Source: Candidatus Enterousia sp. (GTDB lineage Bacteria; Pseudomonadota; Alphaproteobacteria; Rs-D84). From it: 64,000 nucleotides of DNA. The DNA lies in NCBI GenBank assembly GCA_045546155.1, contig JAZQCG010000002.1, positions 74,533 through 138,532 of the forward strand. The letters are read 5' to 3'. Each line of letters starts with the position of its first letter. The stretch's first letter is position 1. Both the position numbers and the translations under genes were made by a program. The notes below the pieces were generated by a model. That model saw nothing but the letters and a program-made list of their open reading frames with translations, did no database searches and was not told the DNA's origin. Below, one piece after another: positions 60,101-64,000 of the stretch.

Positions 60101-60517
60101 CCCAGACAAACAAATCAAACCGTCGCTGTGCGTTTGCAATTCATCTGTTGAAACATATGGCCCCAAATGATGATTGTCGCCACGCATGTACATAATACGG
60201 TTCAATTCGCACAGATTTAAATACCCAGCATGATTTTGCGCCAACAAAACAATCTTTGACAACGATGTCGCGCGCAAGATTTTTGGTTCTGCATTATGAT
60301 GATTTAGCGATATTTCAACACCAATAATTGGTTGTACTTTATTTTTCGGCATAACATCGGAAAATTCTGCACACCCAGACATTAAATTAGTATCTGTTAA
60401 TGCGCACGCAGACATCCCCGCAGCAATACACAACGCCGGAATATCCTTAACTTTCAAGGTACTTGCGCCAACTGAAAATCGCGAATGTGTTCTAAGATGA
60501 ATAAATTGATTTTGCAT
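57107..60517 (-). CDS. dnaE: DNA polymerase III alpha subunit
   Basis: 1136 aa with PHP, palm/fingers and OB domains (e.g. FDFLGLETL). Confidence 0.9.
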   Translation of the reverse strand: MQNQFIHLRTHSRFSVGASTLKVKDIPALCIAAGMSACALTDTNLMSGCAEFSDVMPKNKVQPIIGVEISLNHHNAEPKILRATSLSKIVLLAQNHAGYLNLCELNRIMYMRGDNHHLGPYVSTDELQTHSDGLICLSGAHLGPIGMAILNGQDAQAKIYAKQLLEIFGNRFYMEIQRHGLENEIKTEPMFLEIAQELNIPIVATNDVCFGSDSDYEPADALGCVLGQTKVIDPERPRKSSEQYFKSSEQMWEIFSDLPEACENTYKIAQRCGFMVNVHEKPLLPRFGDDLETECQMLRDNTMNGLKRRLEQHNITDTAPYYEQAEFELGVIIGMGFPGYFLIVADYIEWCRNNDVLTGPGRGSGAGSIVAWALGITNVDPLKYGLLFERFLNPDRISMPDFDVDFEPTGIERVLAYVCDKYGHDSVCRIITFGSLQARGAIRDIGRVYGLPYSKSDRLSKLIPQDAKTLKDAVSVSTEIQDILNQDEDMNKVVTVAEELEGSLRNLGQHACGVVIGDRPTTKIAPVYRDPANPLPSCQYDGKYLEKSGLIKFDFLGLETLVVLKYATRLIQQTRGINIDLDQIPTDDEKTMRLWQQGLTEGIFQFDAPFVQQTLRKMHPTSFLEISALNALNRPGPIAFIPQFIARMHGEEPIEYVHPKAEPILKETYGIIVYQEQVMQLTRALAGFTRGQSDNVRKAMGKKIIAMLDELEGKFYEGCEKEGTLDRATAKDLWEKFKEFAKYAFNKSHAIAYSIVANQCAYLKANYTPEFLAASMSSNLNDTDQLAIFVDDAKTNFNIQIVPPDINQSESLFTVRDGKIIYGLAALKGVGTAATDLIVAERNANGKFKNLTDFAKRCAHIMNKRILEAFAKVGVLDSLEPNRAAIYMNADAILLYAAKSKESASALSLFANTVEDDVAEDRLHKNLPKTTPWTFNQKLENELSALGFYISAHPLDQYKGLIARAGLATSATLEALGDRKAVQIAVTVNSFGRRRTKTGKEMITINASDSYGNIDAVAFGDSAIEFAQILSTETVVILSGKTSARDDRVSIFVDSIIPLSQWVAKIARKISLDIWDATALADVKKALVALVPGHTRVELNLHGADKIATMMLPGGVELGATTAADIAALGVKVEVE

Positions 60518-60562
60518 ATCGCAACAATAGCAAAAATCCCACCCCAGGGCAACCGATATTTC

Positions 60563-61300
60563 CTATTTATTTTCACTAATTTTATCCAGCCCATACTTTC
60601 TTTTGTATCGATTCCAATATTTCAAAAATATTGTTGTATCTGTGGTTGGATTATTAGCAATCGAAAGTGTATCCCAATCTATGACCGCACAAACATTTAA
60701 TTCATCATCAAACAACAAATTCAGGATATTTAAATCAAAATGCGCCAGCACCTGTTTTGGATGTTTACACGGTTGTTCAACCGTTCGTTCTTGCATACTG
60801 TTCATAAAGCGTTCTTTGTTTGGTATCTCATCAACTTTTATTCGTTGCAATTGACGAATTATACCATGTACCTGTTTTAAGATTTTTCGTTGATTTTCAT
60901 GAATAAATTCAGAATCAAAATCTGTGATATGTCGTCCTGCAACACGTTCACAAACATACATTGGTATTTTTTTATCAACCACAACCATCGGTACATTTGC
61001 TTTTATGTGCGGTCTAATGTAATTAACCAAGAAAGCATAATCACGCAACTGCTTTACTGTAACGTTTCTAAAAATTTTTATAAAATATTTATCGTTAACA
61101 CAGCACACCATACGATTAAGTGTAATTTGGCGTATAAATTCAATTTTTTCAACACGTTCCGCATAAACACGTTTTACAAAACGCTTTATAGACGGTCTAA
61201 ATAAAAACATATTTATCCGACCACGCCATACATGTCGACGATTATGTCCCGGCACAAAATACACAACCAAATTACTAATCAAGAACACAATTTTATACAT
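60563..61300 (-). CDS. Kdo-kinase-like (KdkA/lipopolysaccharide-kinase family) small kinase-fold protein
   Basis: HFDLNILNLL (HxDLNxxNxL) and IDWD motifs. Start trimmed to MYKIVF (245 aa). Confidence 0.5.
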   Translation of the reverse strand: MYKIVFLISNLVVYFVPGHNRRHVWRGRINMFLFRPSIKRFVKRVYAERVEKIEFIRQITLNRMVCCVNDKYFIKIFRNVTVKQLRDYAFLVNYIRPHIKANVPMVVVDKKIPMYVCERVAGRHITDFDSEFIHENQRKILKQVHGIIRQLQRIKVDEIPNKERFMNSMQERTVEQPCKHPKQVLAHFDLNILNLLFDDELNVCAVIDWDTLSIANNPTTDTTIFLKYWNRYKRKYGLDKISENK

Positions 61301-61406
61301 AGCGCACACCAAATTACCTTGGTTGCATACTATCAAAACTCTTATAATGAATTCAAGGATAATATTCTTAATAAAATCCCCACAGTTTTGTGGGGATGTA
61401 CATTGT

Positions 61407-64000
61407 TTAGTGTAATTTGCCACAGCAATGCTTATATTTTTGTCCCGAACCACACGGGCAGGGCGCATTGCGACGACTGTCACCGGTCGCCTGATTCAAT
61501 GCTGCATCGCGTTCTGCGCGCTGTTTTTCTGTGGCATTAACATCTTCGCGTGTTAATTCCATACGACTAATATAAGACACTGACATAATCTTGAAATTAT
61601 TAATCGTATTTTTGAACAAATCCAATGCTTCGTTTTTGTATTCATAAAGTGGATTCTTCTGGGCATATCCACGCAATCCAATCGCGCTTTGCAAATAATC
61701 CATCTGTTGCAAATGTTTTTTCCATACTGCATCCAATGCGCCCAACATCATCTGGCGGGATGCCATTTGCATTAATTCTGGACCATACTTGGTTGCTTGG
61801 TGCTGATAACGACGCATTGCCAAATTAACCAATGTTTCATATGCTTTGCGTTCAGTGATATTTTCATCAGTTTTCCATTTTTCAATGTCAGTAATATCCA
61901 ACGCGAACACACGCATCATCGCATCATGAATACCCGTCACGTTCCAGTCCATCTGATGTGCTTTTTCTGGGATATTATTTTCACAAATCATTTCAACAAC
62001 ATCCCCAATCATTTCATGAGCCAACGATGTCAAATCCTCTGACGTCATTAAATCATCACGTTGTTTATAGATAACAGTACGTTGTTCATTTGCAACGTCA
62101 TCATATTTTAACAATTCTTTACGTGCTTCGAAATAACGTGCTTCAACGCGTTTTTGCGCTTTTTCCAAGGCTTTTGTAATCCATGGATGCGTAATTGCTT
62201 CGCCTGTTTTCAAGCCCAACGTTGTTAACATGCCTTGCAAACGCGCTGCACCAAATATACGCATCAAATCGTCGTCCAACGCCAAAAAGAATTTAGAATC
62301 CCCCGGGTCACCCTGGCGACCAGAACGACCGCGCAACTGGTTATCAATACGACGCGATTCGTGACGTTCTGTGCCAATTACATACAAACCACCCGCATCC
62401 AAGACCTGTTTTTTATTGGCTTCGATTGTCGCATAGATTTCCTTCTTTTTGTCTTCGTAATCTTCTGCTGTGGAATCCAGGTTTGCAATTAATTCTTCGG
62501 CATTACCACCCAATTTAATATCTGTACCACGTCCTGCCATATTTGTTGCAATTGTAACCGCACCGGGCGCACCCGCCTGGGCAACAATTTTTGCTTCGGA
62601 TTCGTGATGTTTAGCATTTAAAACAGCCGGTTCAATTCCCAATTTTTTGCGCACAATTTGTGCCAGCTCTTCGGACTTTTCAATTGAAACCGTACCAACC
62701 AGAACAGGCTGTTTACGTTTCAAACAATCTTCGATTTGCTTAATAATCGCATCGTATTTTTCATCTTTGTTGCGATAAATTTCATCGTGATGATCAACAC
62801 GTGCCACCGGACGATTTGTTGGAATAGATACCACGCGCAACTTATAAATTTCTTCGAATTCAGCTGCTTCGGTCATTGCAGTTCCCGTCATACCAGACAA
62901 TGTTGGATATAAACGGAACAGATTTTGATATGAAATACTGGACACTGTCTGATTTTCAGGCTGAACCGCGACATGTTCTTTGGCTTCGATTGCCTGGTGC
63001 AGCCCTTTGCCAAAGCGGCGACCGGTCATAACACGTCCTGTAAATTCATCAACGATTAATATTTCGCCATCACGCACAACATAGTTAACATTTTTCTGAT
63101 ATAAATGATGCGCTAATAACGATTGTTGAATATGCATAACCAATGCAGCATTTTCAGATGCATACAAATTATCCCCAACCAACAGGCCTGCATCTTTTAA
63201 TAAACGTGTTGCATTATCTGCGCCACTTTCTGTTAATGTAACATGTCTGTCTTTTTCATCTTTGACAAAGTCTGTGTCACCCAATTGTACAACAACATCG
63301 TCAACACGCGCATACAGTTCACTGGTGTCTTCGGCCGGCCCTGAAATAATCAACGGGGTGCGGGCTTCGTCAATCAAAATACTGTCAACTTCGTCGACAA
63401 TCGCATAAAAGAACGGGCGCAACACCTGTTGTGCCTTAGAAAACTTCATATTATCACGCAGATAATCAAAGCCCAGTTCCGAATTAGTTACATATGTAAT
63501 ATCGCAATTATATGCTTCGCGTCGTTCTTCATCGGTCATATCGTGTTGAATAATCCCAACTGACAACCCCAAGAAACGATAAATTTGTCCCATCCACTCT
63601 GCGTCACGCGATGCCAAATAATCATTTACTGTAATCAGATGCGCACCCTTGCCATGCAGTGCTTTCAAGAACATTGCCAACGTTGCCACCAGTGTTTTAC
63701 CTTCACCAGTTTTCATTTCTGCAATTTGCCCATTGGTCAAAACCATACCACCAATCATTTGAACATTAAAATGGCGCAGACCGATGGTACGAACCGATGC
63801 TTCACGCACTAATGCAAACGCATCTGGCAAAACGTCTTTTTCGCGTTCGCCTTTTTGCAACCGTTCACGCAAAGCAACTGTTTGTGCGCGCAGTTCATCG
63901 TCGCTCATCGCGTGATATTTTGGTTCTAAATCATTGATTAAAGATACTGTTTTATCATAGTTTTTAATGATTCTGTCATTTGCAGAACCCAATAATTTAC
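61407..64000 (-). CDS. secA: preprotein translocase ATPase SecA (the first 2-3 N-terminal codons, including the start, lie beyond the window end)
   Basis: (K)LLGSANDRIIKNY N-terminus reads through the window end. DEAD motor motifs. C-terminal zinc finger CPCGSGQKYKHCCG. Confidence 0.9.
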   Translation of the reverse strand, partial: KLLGSANDRIIKNYDKTVSLINDLEPKYHAMSDDELRAQTVALRERLQKGEREKDVLPDAFALVREASVRTIGLRHFNVQMIGGMVLTNGQIAEMKTGEGKTLVATLAMFLKALHGKGAHLITVNDYLASRDAEWMGQIYRFLGLSVGIIQHDMTDEERREAYNCDITYVTNSELGFDYLRDNMKFSKAQQVLRPFFYAIVDEVDSILIDEARTPLIISGPAEDTSELYARVDDVVVQLGDTDFVKDEKDRHVTLTESGADNATRLLKDAGLLVGDNLYASENAALVMHIQQSLLAHHLYQKNVNYVVRDGEILIVDEFTGRVMTGRRFGKGLHQAIEAKEHVAVQPENQTVSSISYQNLFRLYPTLSGMTGTAMTEAAEFEEIYKLRVVSIPTNRPVARVDHHDEIYRNKDEKYDAIIKQIEDCLKRKQPVLVGTVSIEKSEELAQIVRKKLGIEPAVLNAKHHESEAKIVAQAGAPGAVTIATNMAGRGTDIKLGGNAEELIANLDSTAEDYEDKKKEIYATIEANKKQVLDAGGLYVIGTERHESRRIDNQLRGRSGRQGDPGDSKFFLALDDDLMRIFGAARLQGMLTTLGLKTGEAITHPWITKALEKAQKRVEARYFEARKELLKYDDVANEQRTVIYKQRDDLMTSEDLTSLAHEMIGDVVEMICENNIPEKAHQMDWNVTGIHDAMMRVFALDITDIEKWKTDENITERKAYETLVNLAMRRYQHQATKYGPELMQMASRQMMLGALDAVWKKHLQQMDYLQSAIGLRGYAQKNPLYEYKNEALDLFKNTINNFKIMSVSYISRMELTREDVNATEKQRAERDAALNQATGDSRRNAPCPCGSGQKYKHCCGKLH

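Overview
This 64 kb window looks alphaproteobacterial: it has a two-piece (permuted) tmRNA with an ANDN-type tag, an Ala-rich tail on ribosomal protein S16, and about 40% GC. It is gene-dense and free of mobile elements. The housekeeping content includes a Lon-like AAA+ protein, obgE, prfB with its conserved +1 recoding site, amiC, a fused accD-accA carboxyltransferase, addA-like, recN, xseA, tsaB/tsaD/rimI, the rpsP-rimM-trmD-rplS operon, pfkA, gpmI, rsmH, dnaE, a partial secA, four tRNAs and the tmRNA. Genes are punctuated by a stereotyped AATCCCGC-N-GCGGGATT terminator family. Interleaved with these are accessory genes. At the window start is a >1500-aa secreted Cys-rich protein with Flg_new repeats, open to position 1. 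Several other secreted Cys-rich families are present, some with eukaryote-like CxxC..GxY repeats. There are also two atypical kinase-fold proteins and a frameshifted AbiEii-type nucleotidyltransferase paired with a metallophosphoesterase. The most unusual loci are three. First, a tightly coupled five-gene operon (LysM membrane protein, radical SAM enzyme, two paralogous Tyr-hendecad/Cys-tail proteins, an HExxH peptidase-like protein) that matches no described system. Second, four small Cys-containing ORFs inserted inside the otherwise universal rpsP-rimM-trmD-rplS operon. Third, a LonA-type N+AAA+ protein that lacks the S16 peptidase domain. I found no CRISPR arrays, rRNA genes, transposases or integrases.
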